Shown here one piece after another: positions 8,268 through 18,057 of a stretch of DNA of 64,000 bases. How positions within the stretch are numbered: the stretch's first letter is position 1; every line of letters starts with the position of its first letter. The notes below the pieces were generated by a model. That model saw only the letters and a program-made list of their open reading frames with translations. It did no database searches and was not told the origin of the DNA. The translations under genes were made by a program, and so were the position numbers. Source of the DNA: Abditibacterium sp. (GTDB lineage Bacteria > Armatimonadota > Abditibacteriia > Abditibacteriales > Abditibacteriaceae); NCBI GenBank assembly GCA_965246885.1, contig OZ251992.1, forward strand, positions 1,312,001 through 1,376,000, given 5' to 3'.

Positions 8268-9563
8268 TCACTCAAACTCCAGCAAATACACGGGGTTAGC
8301 TTGGGCGGTGTCGAAGATGATGACTTCGTCGTTGATGAGCCAGCCGGACTTTCCGGCGCGCGCCCAGTAGGAGTCGTAACCGGCGGGCGGGTTCTTGCTG
8401 GTCGTGGTCTTTGGCTCGAAATCGCGGCCAACGGCGACCTCGTTGAGGAACATATAAATTTTGCGCGTGCCCTTGCCGCCCCAAAAGCCGTTGGCGTATT
8501 GCAGCGATTTGGTCGAGGCGGGCGCGAAGTAGAGGCCGTTGCCAAAGGCTTTTCCGGCGATGTGGGCGGTCGAGGGCGGCGTCATCATAAAGCCGGACTT
8601 GAGGATGGACAAGACATTGGCGCTGGAAGTGCCGTGCCACAAGCGGTGGATGTTGCCTTTGGCGCGTCCGCGCTCCTCGAAGTTGCGCTTCATGCCCGCG
8701 ATTTCGACGGTGTAGACGTTGGCGAGATTTAGGTGCTTGATGGTGACGTGTTCGGTTTTGGCGGAGGTCTCGAAGTGGTGCTTGATGGCGTTAAACTCCG
8801 CGTCGTCGCGGAGTAGTTCAAGCGCGGTATCGAAGAGTTGCGGGACAGGTTCCGGCTCCTTGCCTTCTTCTTTGGGCGCAGTAAGCGCGGTCGTGAGACT
8901 CGCTTCAAGCGAGTCGAGGATGCCCAATTGTTTCTGGATTTCGGCATCGTCGGGGAAAAGCGACTTGGGATCGGGGCGGGTGCGGCCAAAGTCGCGCGGC
9001 ACGATGGTGAGGAACTGATTGACGAAATCAAGGTAGTCCTTGTCGTCCCAGATGCCCGCGTCCACTTTGTCCTTGATCTTCGAGAGCAGCAAACGCCCGT
9101 CCAAGATGCCGCCCTGCGTGATTAGCCCCGACGCGGTGGAGAACAACCCCGTCGCCGCGTTGTATTTGATGGCCGAGTTCGCGGTGATGTTGTGGATGTT
9201 TTGCGCGCACAGGAACGAAATGAGCGCCTTGACTTCGAGCGATTGGGTGCGGATTTGTTCGAGGGCGATCTGCTCCAATCCGGCGTTTTTGGCGCCCGCT
9301 CCAGTGGGAATGTTGGCGTCGAGAACGGGTTGCGGCTTGTAGCCCTTGGCGGTCTTTTCGCGCAGCTTGGAGTTGAAAAGCCGCTCGCCGCCCGCTTGGG
9401 TGGTGTCGGACTGCGTTTGCAGTTCGCCGCCGGAGTTCTCGATGTAGCGACCGTAGCGGATGCGGACGGTGTCGTCCTCGTGGAGGTCGAGATAGTAGAA
9501 CTTGTTGTTGTTGGTGCCTACCGACACGAAAATGAGCCGTGCGCTTTGGGTAACTTTCGACAT
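8268..9563 (-). CDS. Bacterial poly(ADP-ribose) polymerase-like protein (WGR + PARP regulatory + PARP catalytic), 431 aa
   Basis: WGR-like NNNKFY...IRYGR...KLREKTAKGY; regulatory FLTIVPRDFG...QLGILDSL; catalytic LWHGTS, GKAFGNGLYFA, KSLQYA, INDEVIIF (H-Y-E triad). GGAG RBS present. Confidence 0.9.
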   Translation of the reverse strand: MSKVTQSARLIFVSVGTNNNKFYYLDLHEDDTVRIRYGRYIENSGGELQTQSDTTQAGGERLFNSKLREKTAKGYKPQPVLDANIPTGAGAKNAGLEQIALEQIRTQSLEVKALISFLCAQNIHNITANSAIKYNAATGLFSTASGLITQGGILDGRLLLSKIKDKVDAGIWDDKDYLDFVNQFLTIVPRDFGRTRPDPKSLFPDDAEIQKQLGILDSLEASLTTALTAPKEEGKEPEPVPQLFDTALELLRDDAEFNAIKHHFETSAKTEHVTIKHLNLANVYTVEIAGMKRNFEERGRAKGNIHRLWHGTSSANVLSILKSGFMMTPPSTAHIAGKAFGNGLYFAPASTKSLQYANGFWGGKGTRKIYMFLNEVAVGRDFEPKTTTSKNPPAGYDSYWARAGKSGWLINDEVIIFDTAQANPVYLLEFE

Positions 9564-9910
9564 GGTGATTCTCCCGACGCGGCAAAGGCGTTGGATAAAG
9601 GGTTCTCGCGGAAGAGAATTGGGTTGTCAAAACAAAGAAACAAAGTGGGGCGGCACGCAGCTTTACCAACCGAGACGGGCGCCAGTCGCTGTAACCCGGT
9701 TTGCGGGGCGCGCGCCATATGTCGCACCGGTTGTGTCGTAGCCCCGTAGGGAAGCTACCGTGCGACACAACCGGTGCGACATATGGCGCGCGCCCCGCAA
9801 ACCGGGTGAAAACACACCGGCGACCCGTGCTGCAAGCGCAGCGAAAAGGGAAGTCATTGCTCGTCCGGCGAAACACCGGACACATTGCCAACGCCCCGCT
9901 CCACCATGTT
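9560..9910 (-). ncRNA. Candidate retron ncRNA (msr-msd) at the head of the PARP-RT operon
   Basis: Closing inverted repeats 9587-9594/9888-9895 (GGCGTTGG/CCAACGCC), extendable with 9560-9567/9902-9909. Small 5' hairpin GTCCGGTG-TTT-CGCCGGAC (9863-9881). 45-bp perfect hairpin 9694-9738/9763-9807. No credible ORF. Confidence 0.65.
9694..9807. repeat. Perfect 45-bp inverted repeat with 24-nt loop
   Basis: ACCCGGTTTGCGGGGCGCGCGCCATATGTCGCACCGGTTGTGTCG at 9694-9738 and its exact reverse complement at 9763-9807. Confidence 0.97.
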
Positions 9911-9917
9911 GACGGAG

Positions 9918-9946
9918 AATTTATCGCACTTCTCAGTCCAGCGCAA
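9918..9946 (-). promoter_or_regulatory. Putative sigma70 promoter of the retron/PARP operon
   Basis: Minus strand TTGCGC-17 nt-TAAATT with an upstream A-tract; predicted start near 9910. Confidence 0.45.
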
Positions 9947-10051
9947 GGGGGAAAAGCGAGTTTTTTTTGAATCGGATGAAAGCGCTCGGAAGAAAGCGAA
10001 TAAATTCGCTTTCCTCTATTGCACCGCTCCCGTCTAAACTGCGCCCTTCAT

Positions 10052-11107
10052 ATGAGCAACCCTTTAAAAGTGGGCGTTATCGGCGTGGGCGGCATCGCCG
10101 CCACGCATTTTCCCGGCTGGAAAGCCTCCGAAAACTCCGAACTCGTTGGCTTCGCCGACCCGGTCGCGCCCGTTTTGGCGCGCGTCGCCAAAGAGCACGG
10201 CATCACCAAAACCTACGAGAAGCCCGAAGACCTGATCAACGACCCGGACATTGACTTGATTGACATTTGCACCCCCTCGGCGTATCACGCGCCGCTCGCT
10301 ATTGCGGCGCTGAACGCGGGCAAGCACGTCATTTGCGAAAAGCCGCTCGCGCCCACGCCCAAAGACATCGAGGACATGATCGCCGCGCGCGACAAGTCGG
10401 GCAAATACCTGATGACCGCGCAGCACTTCCGCTTCCAAACCGATACGCAAGCCCTCAAGCGCGAAATCGAGGACGGTATCTTGGGCGACGTGTATCACGC
10501 CCGCTCGTGGATGCTGCGCCGCAACGCCCTTCCGACCGGACGCGGGTTCATCCTCAAGAAGAACTCCGGCGGCGGGCCGTGCATTGACATCGGCGTCCAC
10601 ATTCTCGACCTGACGCTGTGGATGATGGGGCACCCCAAACCCGTGTCCGTTTCGGGCGTCACGCAGGACAAGCTGTCGCGCATCCCCGGCGCGTTTTCGT
10701 CGTGGGGCGGAGATGTGCCGCAAGAGATGGACGTCGAAGAGTTCGCCTCGGCCTTTGTGCGCTTCGACAACGGCGCGACGCTCATCTTGGAAGTCTCTTG
10801 GATGCTGCATCACCCCACGTCGGGCGAGGATATGCAAATGTGGTTGTATGGCACCCAAAGCGGCTCGCATTGGCCCTCGCAGCGCATCGTCACCTCAAAC
10901 AACACCACCAAGCGCAAGTCGGACATCCAACTGTCACACGTGGACGAGGGCATGGAGCCGCATGCCGCCGAGTGCGTCGCCTTTGCCAAAGCCATCACCG
11001 AGGGCGCCCCCTCGCCCGTGCCCGCCGAGCAATCGCGCGACGTGCAACTCATTCTCAATGGCCTCTACGAGTCCGCCGCGACCGGCGCCGAAGTGCGGCT
11101 GGCGTAG
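10052..11107 (+). CDS. Gfo/Idh/MocA family oxidoreductase
   Basis: KVGVIGVGGIA Rossmann motif, GKHVICEKP, GGGPCIDIGVHILD. Confidence 0.92.
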   Translation: MSNPLKVGVIGVGGIAATHFPGWKASENSELVGFADPVAPVLARVAKEHGITKTYEKPEDLINDPDIDLIDICTPSAYHAPLAIAALNAGKHVICEKPLAPTPKDIEDMIAARDKSGKYLMTAQHFRFQTDTQALKREIEDGILGDVYHARSWMLRRNALPTGRGFILKKNSGGGPCIDIGVHILDLTLWMMGHPKPVSVSGVTQDKLSRIPGAFSSWGGDVPQEMDVEEFASAFVRFDNGATLILEVSWMLHHPTSGEDMQMWLYGTQSGSHWPSQRIVTSNNTTKRKSDIQLSHVDEGMEPHAAECVAFAKAITEGAPSPVPAEQSRDVQLILNGLYESAATGAEVRLA

Positions 11108-11114
11108 ACCGTGC

Positions 11115-11387
11115 TGGGTCAAGCGTTGGCCCACATGGGTCAAGCGTTGGCCCACATGGGTCAAGCGTTGGCCCACATGGGTCAAGCGTTGGCCCACATG
11201 GGTCAAGCGTTGGCCCACATGGGTCAAGCGTTGGCCCACATGGGTCAAGCGTTGGCCCACATGGGTCAAGCGTTGGCCCACATGGGTCAAGCGTTGGCCC
11301 ACATGGGTCAAGCGTTGGCCCACATGGGTCAAGCGTTGGCCCACATGGGTCAAGCGTTGGCCCACATGGGTCAAGCGTTGGCCCGCA
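11115..11387. repeat. Tandem repeat, 13 x 21 bp (TGGGTCAAGCGTTGGCCCACA)
   Basis: 12 identical units plus one with a single change, no spacers; each unit is an imperfect palindrome. Confidence 0.97.
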
Positions 11388-11687
11388 TTGGCGACGTGTC
11401 CGCCCATGTTCGGGGCGTTCGCCCCATGCCGGGCAACGCTTGACCCAGCCCGGCGAGGCGTTGCCCCGTGCGGGGGATTCGCACCCCGGAGCCGTTCACC
11501 CGCCGCGAGCCGTTGCTCGCGGCGGGTTTTGTTTGGGCGGGGGTGTCTCCAAGCCCGGCGACCAGAGCGCCGGGGGCGGCGGGGCGCGGAAAAATAATTT
11601 TTGCCCTTTCGCCGGAAAAGTGTTAGACGGCGGGGCGAAGTGGGTATATTGAAGGAAGCCTGTCCTGATTGTGGGCGATTATCTCCG

Positions 11688-12821
11688 ATGGCCACCCGTG
11701 CAAAGACCGATGTGAAACGCGAGCAACTCAAAGAGGCGCTACGCTCTCGGTGCCGTACCGGAGAATGGGAGGCGCACAAGCCGGTGCCTCCGGTGCGCGA
11801 TTTGGCGGGCGAGTTCGGTTTGTCCAAAGATGTCGTCGTGGGCACCCTACGCCAGTTGGTGGATGAGGGCTTGCTGTACACCCTGCCGCGCGTTGGAACG
11901 TTTGTAGGCGCACAGAAAAGCGCGGCGGGGCGCGTTTTTCTGATGACCGAGGGTAGCGCCAAGGAAAGAGTCGAGGGGTTTCACGGCGTGCGTGCCGGTT
12001 GGGAAGCAACCCTTGCCGATGCGGGTGGCTCGACGCTCGTTATGGAAGCGAGCGAGGCTTTGGCCCACGAGCGCGCGGGCGAGTTGCCGCCGCTCGCGGG
12101 CGTTCTCGATTTGGCCTATGAACCGGACGGTTTCGCGTGGAAGCGCGAAGCGGCCACCGCCACGCCTTGCGTTCGGTTTCACGTCGAGCGCGACGACGGG
12201 CTGGGCTACGACGAAGTCGGCTTTGACGACGTGGCGGGCGGGCGCGAAGCCGCCTTGTATTTGCGGGCGCGCGGGCACGAGCGCATCGGCTTTCTGGGAG
12301 TTCACTCCTTGCGGGGCGGGGCGGCCTCGTTGTTATGGTCGAAAGAGCGCGAAGCGGGTTGGCGGAGTGTGGTCGGTGCTTTGGCCCCGTCATGGCATCC
12401 GACGCGGGTCGCCAAAGTTAGGACAAGTGCCGTGTCCTTTGAGTTGGGGCGCGAAGGTGCGTCGTTTTGGGCGGAGCAAAACGTGTCGGCTTTGGTGGTC
12501 GCCAACAGCGCGGCGGCGCGCGGTTTGTTGGCGGGCTTGCGTTCGCTGGGCATCGCGCCCGACGGTTGGCCTTCGCTTGTGGCCTTTGATGACGACGAAG
12601 CGGCGGGGCCGCAACTGTTGTCGGCGCTGCGCTTGCCTTGGGACGAACTGGGCCGCGCCGCCGCCAATCTACTGCTTGCGCGAAGTGAGGGGCGCTTGAC
12701 GGGCGCGCCCTCGCTTCGCCGCGTGGAAATGAAGCTCATTCCCCGCCTGACGTGCCGTCCCAACGACGGCCAAACCGGAGCACACGGCGCGCTGTGGCAT
12801 CGAGCCGCCCTCGCCGTCTAA
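11688..12821 (+). CDS. GntR-family HTH regulator with LacI-type periplasmic-binding-fold domain
   Basis: VPPVRDLAGEFGLSKDVV...LVDEGLLYTLPRVGTFV; C-terminal GHERIGFLG, LVAFDD. Confidence 0.85.
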   Translation: MATRAKTDVKREQLKEALRSRCRTGEWEAHKPVPPVRDLAGEFGLSKDVVVGTLRQLVDEGLLYTLPRVGTFVGAQKSAAGRVFLMTEGSAKERVEGFHGVRAGWEATLADAGGSTLVMEASEALAHERAGELPPLAGVLDLAYEPDGFAWKREAATATPCVRFHVERDDGLGYDEVGFDDVAGGREAALYLRARGHERIGFLGVHSLRGGAASLLWSKEREAGWRSVVGALAPSWHPTRVAKVRTSAVSFELGREGASFWAEQNVSALVVANSAAARGLLAGLRSLGIAPDGWPSLVAFDDDEAAGPQLLSALRLPWDELGRAAANLLLARSEGRLTGAPSLRRVEMKLIPRLTCRPNDGQTGAHGALWHRAALAV

Positions 12822-12848
12822 CCGGAACCCATCGGAAACCTAACCATC

Positions 12849-13676
12849 ATGTATACCGTTCCCAGACGCCGCGACGTGCGGCTCGCTTTCACGCTCATAG
12901 AATTGCTCGTAGTTATCGCTATCATCGCAATTCTCGCGGCCATTTTGTTCCCCGCCTTCGCCCGCGCCCGCGAAAACGCCCGCAAGGCTTCTTGTATGTC
13001 CAACATGAAGCAGTTGGGCTTGGGCTTCATTCAATACACACAGGACTACGACGAGAAGCTTCCCATCCAAGACGACGGCCCCAACTGCTGTGGCGGCCAA
13101 CAACGGCGCGGGCGCGGTTGGGCCGGACGCATGTATCCCTACGTCAAAAGCCGCCAGCTGTTCCGTTGCCCCAGCGACAGTTCGGGGGCGCAGTATCAAA
13201 CCTCCTACTCCATGAACAACAACCTCAGCAACTGGAGCGGTTATGGCGGCATCGAAGGCAAAATCTCGGCGATGGCCGCGCCCGCCAAGACCGTCATGGC
13301 TTTTGAGATCAGCAACGGTATGCCTTACCACGACATCACCGACCCCAACGAGCAAGTGTCTCCTTCCTCGAACGGCACCAAACTCGTCAATAACGCTTTT
13401 GACGGTCTTGACAGCGACGGCACTCCAGCCACCCACGCGACGGGTTATATGGGCGGGCGCGGCAACGCCAACTCGCAGTTCCCCACGCCCAATGGTCGTC
13501 ACCTCGACGGCTCGAACTTCCTCTTGGCCGATGGGCATGTGAAATGGCTGCGCGGCGATGCCGTTTCGAGCGGCGATGTGGCTACCAACGAAACCGACGC
13601 CCAGATCAGCAATCAAGCCGAAGGCACCGCCTACTCTGGTACAGGCGGACATAGCGTGACTTTCTCCACGAAATAA
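12849..13676 (+). CDS. Prepilin-type N-terminal cleavage/methylation protein, DUF1559 with H-X9-DG motif
   Basis: [46 protein letters not shown]...[23 protein letters not shown]. Confidence 0.93.
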   Translation: MYTVPRRRDVRLAFTLIELLVVIAIIAILAAILFPAFARARENARKASCMSNMKQLGLGFIQYTQDYDEKLPIQDDGPNCCGGQQRRGRGWAGRMYPYVKSRQLFRCPSDSSGAQYQTSYSMNNNLSNWSGYGGIEGKISAMAAPAKTVMAFEISNGMPYHDITDPNEQVSPSSNGTKLVNNAFDGLDSDGTPATHATGYMGGRGNANSQFPTPNGRHLDGSNFLLADGHVKWLRGDAVSSGDVATNETDAQISNQAEGTAYSGTGGHSVTFSTK

Positions 13677-13730
13677 GTGGCCCCAACCCCGGCGCGCGAA
13701 CCGGGAGGTTCGCGCGCCGTTTTGCGTCCC

Positions 13731-15839
13731 ATGAAATCTCTCTCTCTTCTTCTTGTAGCCCTTTCTGCTGCTCCCGCCTCCGCCCAACCCGCGCTTCATT
13801 GGCGCCCCGTGAACGAGCCGGGTGTTGGCGGAGCTATCGTTGCGATGGCGGTTTCGCCCTTTGACTCCAAGCGCGTTCTGCTCAGTGGCGATATGCTTGG
13901 CGCGACCGTTTCCACCGATGGCGGCGATTCGTGGGGGCCGACCTTTGGCTTCAAGGGCTGGGAGATGGGCGACTTCACGTTTTCGCCCGCCAACGCCAAG
14001 GAAGTTTGGGTGGGCAGTATGAGCGGGCCGTACAAGTCGCCCGATGGCGGCGTGCATTGGGCCGAAAAGCGCGGCGGCTTCCCCGCATATGACCACTTCT
14101 CGGCGCCCGTCCAAAAGGTGCTCTACGATCCGCGCACGCCCGGTCGCTTGCTCGCGTTTGGCGGTAATCACCGCGGGTTCTCCTCGCTCGCCGATACCGC
14201 CAAGTGGGGCGCCGTGTGGGAGTCCAAGGACGACGGCGATACTTGGGCGCTCCTGACCACGCTGGGCGCGGGCGCCAAAGGCTCCGGCTGGAACATCTTC
14301 CAAGCCGCTTACGCCGCCGATGGCAAAACCCTCTTCGTCGCGTGCAAAGAGCACGGTGTGTGGAAGTCGGGCGACGGCGGCAAAACGTGGACGGAAGCGA
14401 ACGCAGGTCTGCCCAACCAGAACGTTGGCTTCTTGGCGGTTCACCCCCGAAACGCCGCCGTGTTGTGGTGCGTCTTGGACGCCGAAGGCGTCTACAAGTC
14501 CGTTGACGGCGGCGCGACATGGAAGCCCTCGAACACCGGCATGGACGCGGGCGGCGGCTACCAGTCGCTTGTTGTCGCGCCCTCCAACCCCGACATCCTT
14601 TTCGCGGGCGCTTACGGCAAGCAGAAAGTGTGGAAGTCCGTTGACGGCGGCGCGCACTGGGCTGTTGTCCAAGACGGCGCCAACACCCCGCTTTCCGTCA
14701 CGCCCTTCGCCCCGCAACCGTCGTGGCTGGCCGTTGACCCGCGCAATGCCAACACTATTTGGTCTATGAACTGGGTGTCGCCCTTCCGTTCGCGCGACGG
14801 CGGCAAAACGTGGCACAACACCGGCGACGCCGAAGTCGCGGGCGGCAAATGGCGCGGGCGCGGCTTTTCGGGCTACGTTTCGACCGATGTCGAGTGGAAC
14901 CCTTACAACCCCAAACAAGCGTTCTTGACCGCGATGGACGACGGCAAGTTTCTTCAGTCGAGCGATGATTTGAACAGTTGGCAATGGGGCGGCGCGGGCC
15001 TCAAACGCTTTGGCGGCGCGTCCGATGTCGCGTTTGGCGCCGATGGCAAAACCATCTTCGGCGCGGTCGGGCAGTTTGGCGCCACGTGGCTCGATGTCGG
15101 CATCGCCCGCTCCGTTGATGGCGGCGCCAATTGGGATTACCTGCCCAAACCTGCGGGCGTGGACGGTGGCGCGGTCACGTCGCGCGTTGTCGTAGACCCC
15201 GCCAACACTCGCCGCGTATGGACGGTATGGGGCGACAGGGTCTACTACACGGCTGATGCGGGCGCGAACTGGCGCGAAATCACTGTCAACGGCGCCGATG
15301 GCAAGCCGGACGCCCTGCTTGACCTTGCGCAGAACCCGCGCGACGCGAACGACTTGTGGCTCGCCGGACGCGGCGGCGTGTATCGCGCCAAGGACGGCGC
15401 CACCTTTTTCCCCGTCGCGGGCGGCCCGACCAACTGGCAATGGGGCACGACGGCCCTCACGGTTGACCCCACAAACGCCGAGCGCATCTACGCTTGCAAC
15501 TGGAACGCCCTCGACGGCAAGGGCGCGTGGAAGTGGGAAGCGGGCGCGTGGACGAAACTGGCAGGCGACTACTTCGGCGCCGACATCCGCTTGATCCGCA
15601 AACTCGCCGTTTGCCCCAACAACCCGCAACTGCTGGCAATGTGCACCAACGACGATCCTTGGCAGGACGTATCGGGCGCGAGCGGCGTGTACCTGTCGCG
15701 CGATGGCGGCGCACATTGGGCCGCGCAAAACGACGGCTTGCCGATGCTGCGCGCCAAAACCCTCGCTTTCTCACCCGACGGCAAAACCCTCGTCGTCGGC
15801 CTCAACGGGCGCGGCTTCTATCGGGCGGACGTGCCTTAA
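13731..15839 (+). CDS. Secreted BNR/Asp-box repeat beta-propeller (VPS10/xyloglucanase-like) protein
   Basis: Signal peptide; many SxDGGxTW Asp-box repeats. Confidence 0.85.
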   Translation: MKSLSLLLVALSAAPASAQPALHWRPVNEPGVGGAIVAMAVSPFDSKRVLLSGDMLGATVSTDGGDSWGPTFGFKGWEMGDFTFSPANAKEVWVGSMSGPYKSPDGGVHWAEKRGGFPAYDHFSAPVQKVLYDPRTPGRLLAFGGNHRGFSSLADTAKWGAVWESKDDGDTWALLTTLGAGAKGSGWNIFQAAYAADGKTLFVACKEHGVWKSGDGGKTWTEANAGLPNQNVGFLAVHPRNAAVLWCVLDAEGVYKSVDGGATWKPSNTGMDAGGGYQSLVVAPSNPDILFAGAYGKQKVWKSVDGGAHWAVVQDGANTPLSVTPFAPQPSWLAVDPRNANTIWSMNWVSPFRSRDGGKTWHNTGDAEVAGGKWRGRGFSGYVSTDVEWNPYNPKQAFLTAMDDGKFLQSSDDLNSWQWGGAGLKRFGGASDVAFGADGKTIFGAVGQFGATWLDVGIARSVDGGANWDYLPKPAGVDGGAVTSRVVVDPANTRRVWTVWGDRVYYTADAGANWREITVNGADGKPDALLDLAQNPRDANDLWLAGRGGVYRAKDGATFFPVAGGPTNWQWGTTALTVDPTNAERIYACNWNALDGKGAWKWEAGAWTKLAGDYFGADIRLIRKLAVCPNNPQLLAMCTNDDPWQDVSGASGVYLSRDGGAHWAAQNDGLPMLRAKTLAFSPDGKTLVVGLNGRGFYRADVP

Positions 15840-17029
15840 GCGGGCACAACGCGCACGCGGGCGGCACATTCTCGCGCTCGCCCGCGTGCGGTTTCAACGG
15901 AGTCGGCAGTGGCGAGGGCGACGCCCATGCGCCGCTTGGGGAACGCGACCGGCTTGCCAAACAAGCGCAGGTCGGAGCCGGGAACGCGCAGCGCCGTGTC
16001 CACGTTCTCAAAGGCGACGGCCCCTTCGAGTCCGCCGTAAATAACGGCGGACGCGCCAATCTCGCGCTGGGTCGTGTCAACGGGCAAGCCCAAGATGGCG
16101 CGGGCGTGCAAGTCGAACTCACTTTGTCTTTGCGTGCACAGGGTGACGAGTCCGGTGTCGTGCGGGCGCGGCGAAACTTCCGAAAACCACACGGCATCGC
16201 CGCGTACAAACAGTTCCACGCCAAAGATGCCGCGCCCGCCGAGTGCGTTCGTGACTTTGGCGGCGATGCCCTGCGCGGCACGGAGGGCGGCTTCGCTCAT
16301 CGGTTGGGGTTGCCACGATTCCACGTAATCGCCCGCTTCTTGGCGGTGGCCAATGGGCGCGCAAAAGTGGGTTTCGACCGCGCCGCTTTCCCCAGCGCGC
16401 ACGGTCAAGAGGGTGATCTCGAAGTCGAACTCGACGGCGCCTTCGACGATGACGCGGCCCGAATTCACGCGCCCGCCGCTCGAAGCATAAGCCCATGCCT
16501 TCTCAAGGTCGCTCGCATCGGTGACGCGCGACTGCCCTTTGCCGCTCGAACTCATGGTGGGCTTCACGAAGCAGGGGAAGCCGATAGCTTGCGCGGCGGC
16601 TTGCAACTCCTCCAAAGAAGAAGCGAAAGCGTAGGGCGAGCAGGGCAATTCCAACTCCCTCGCGGCAAGGGTGCGGATGCCTTCGCGGTTCATGGTCAGG
16701 CGCGCGGCGCGTGCGGTGGGAATGACTTCGCAGATGCCCTCGGCTTCGAGTTTCTCCAATTCGAGCGTGGCGATGGCCTCTATTTCGGGCACGACCAAAT
16801 CGGGCCGCTCGCGTTCGATGAGGGCGCGCAGTTGGGCCGCGTCGGTCATGTCGAGGGTGTAAGCGCGGTGGGCGACCTGATGTCCGGGCGCGTCGGCGTA
16901 GCGGTCAACGGCGATGGTTTCCACGCCCAACCGTTGCAAGGCGAGGATGACTTCTTTGCCAAGTTCCCCGGCGCCAAGGAGCATCACTTTGAAGGCGGAG
17001 CCGGACAACGGCGTGCCGATGCGTGTCAT
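15836..17029 (-). CDS. purT: Formate-dependent phosphoribosylglycinamide formyltransferase
   Basis: [62 protein letters not shown]. Confidence 0.96.
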   Translation of the reverse strand: MTRIGTPLSGSAFKVMLLGAGELGKEVILALQRLGVETIAVDRYADAPGHQVAHRAYTLDMTDAAQLRALIERERPDLVVPEIEAIATLELEKLEAEGICEVIPTARAARLTMNREGIRTLAARELELPCSPYAFASSLEELQAAAQAIGFPCFVKPTMSSSGKGQSRVTDASDLEKAWAYASSGGRVNSGRVIVEGAVEFDFEITLLTVRAGESGAVETHFCAPIGHRQEAGDYVESWQPQPMSEAALRAAQGIAAKVTNALGGRGIFGVELFVRGDAVWFSEVSPRPHDTGLVTLCTQRQSEFDLHARAILGLPVDTTQREIGASAVIYGGLEGAVAFENVDTALRVPGSDLRLFGKPVAFPKRRMGVALATADSVETARGRARECAARVRVVPA

Positions 17030-17079
17030 AGGGGGAGCAGTTTCCCGTTTCGGCGCGCAACTGGCGACGCGGGGCGGCT

Positions 17080-18048
17080 ATGGAACATCTGCAATTGCCG
17101 CGCACCGATTTGCGCGTGTCGGCGCTTTGTTTGGGCACCGCCGAATACGGCGCCGGAATTGACGAGGCGACTTCGTTCGCCTTGCTCGACGCTTTCGCCG
17201 AAGCGGGCGGCAATTTCTTCGACACCGCCGCCGTTTACGCCGCTTGGACGGGGGCCGGAAAGGGTTCCAGCGAGCGGCTCATCGGGCGCTGGCTCGCGTC
17301 GCGTCGCCCGCAGAACGTCGTGATTGCCACTAAGGGCGCGCACCCGGAGCTTCATTCGATGGGCGTTGGTCGCCTGACGCGCTCCGACATAGCTTCCGAC
17401 ATCGAAGCGAGTTTGAAGAACTTGAAAGCCGAGGCGCTGGACGTGTGGTATCTGCACCGCGACGATCCGTTTGTCCCCGCCGGGGAAGTGCTAACTTTGT
17501 TGGAAGAGTTCCGACGCGCCGGGAAACTGCGCTTCTACGCGTGCTCCAACTGGCGCGCGAGCCGCATCAAAGAAGCGCAAGCGGCGGCAGGGGAGATGGG
17601 CGTGGCGGGCTTCTTGGCGAATCAGCCGCTTTGGAGTTTGGCTGTGCCGGACATGACCGGGGGTGACGCGACCCTCGCGCCGATGGACGCGGAGATGATG
17701 GCGCTCCACGAGGCGACGAACTTAGCCGCCATTCCCTATGCCTCGCAAGCCAACGGCTACTTCCAGAAGATCGCGGAAGGGAAGACGCTCCCCGCGTCGG
17801 TTGAAACGACGTATGATACGGACTTGGTGCGCCCGACGAACCGCGCCCGCTTGGGGCGGCTCGAAACTCTGAGCGCGGCGACGGGGCACTCGCTCACTGG
17901 GTTGGTGTTGGGCTTTTTGCGAGGGCATCCGTTTCCCGTCGTGCCCATCATCGGCCCGCGCACCCTCGCGCAGGGGCGCGACAGTTTAACGGCGGGAGAT
18001 GTGCGGCTAACGGCAGAGCAAGTGACGGCGTTGGCGGCGCCCAGTTGA
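17080..18048 (+). CDS. Aldo/keto reductase
   Basis: GGNFFDTAAVY, IATKGAH, YLHRDD, SNW motifs. Confidence 0.9.
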   Translation: MEHLQLPRTDLRVSALCLGTAEYGAGIDEATSFALLDAFAEAGGNFFDTAAVYAAWTGAGKGSSERLIGRWLASRRPQNVVIATKGAHPELHSMGVGRLTRSDIASDIEASLKNLKAEALDVWYLHRDDPFVPAGEVLTLLEEFRRAGKLRFYACSNWRASRIKEAQAAAGEMGVAGFLANQPLWSLAVPDMTGGDATLAPMDAEMMALHEATNLAAIPYASQANGYFQKIAEGKTLPASVETTYDTDLVRPTNRARLGRLETLSAATGHSLTGLVLGFLRGHPFPVVPIIGPRTLAQGRDSLTAGDVRLTAEQVTALAAPS

Positions 18049-18057
18049 GGGGGAGAA

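Noticed and set aside
9694..9807. Simple intrinsic terminator
   Set aside because: The stem is far too long, has no U-tract, and lies between divergent genes upstream of the operon. A REPIN origin is not fully excluded.
11115..11387. CRISPR array
   Set aside because: Units are directly adjacent with no unique spacers, and no cas genes are in the window. The heptad-repeat ORFs across it are probably incidental.
12840..15728. 962-aa minus-strand ORF and similar long shadow ORFs (875-2530, 15494-17323, 19877-21661, 41209-42789, 44563-46170)
   Set aside because: Antisense or alternate-frame shadows of well-supported genes, expected in high-GC DNA; no recognisable motifs.
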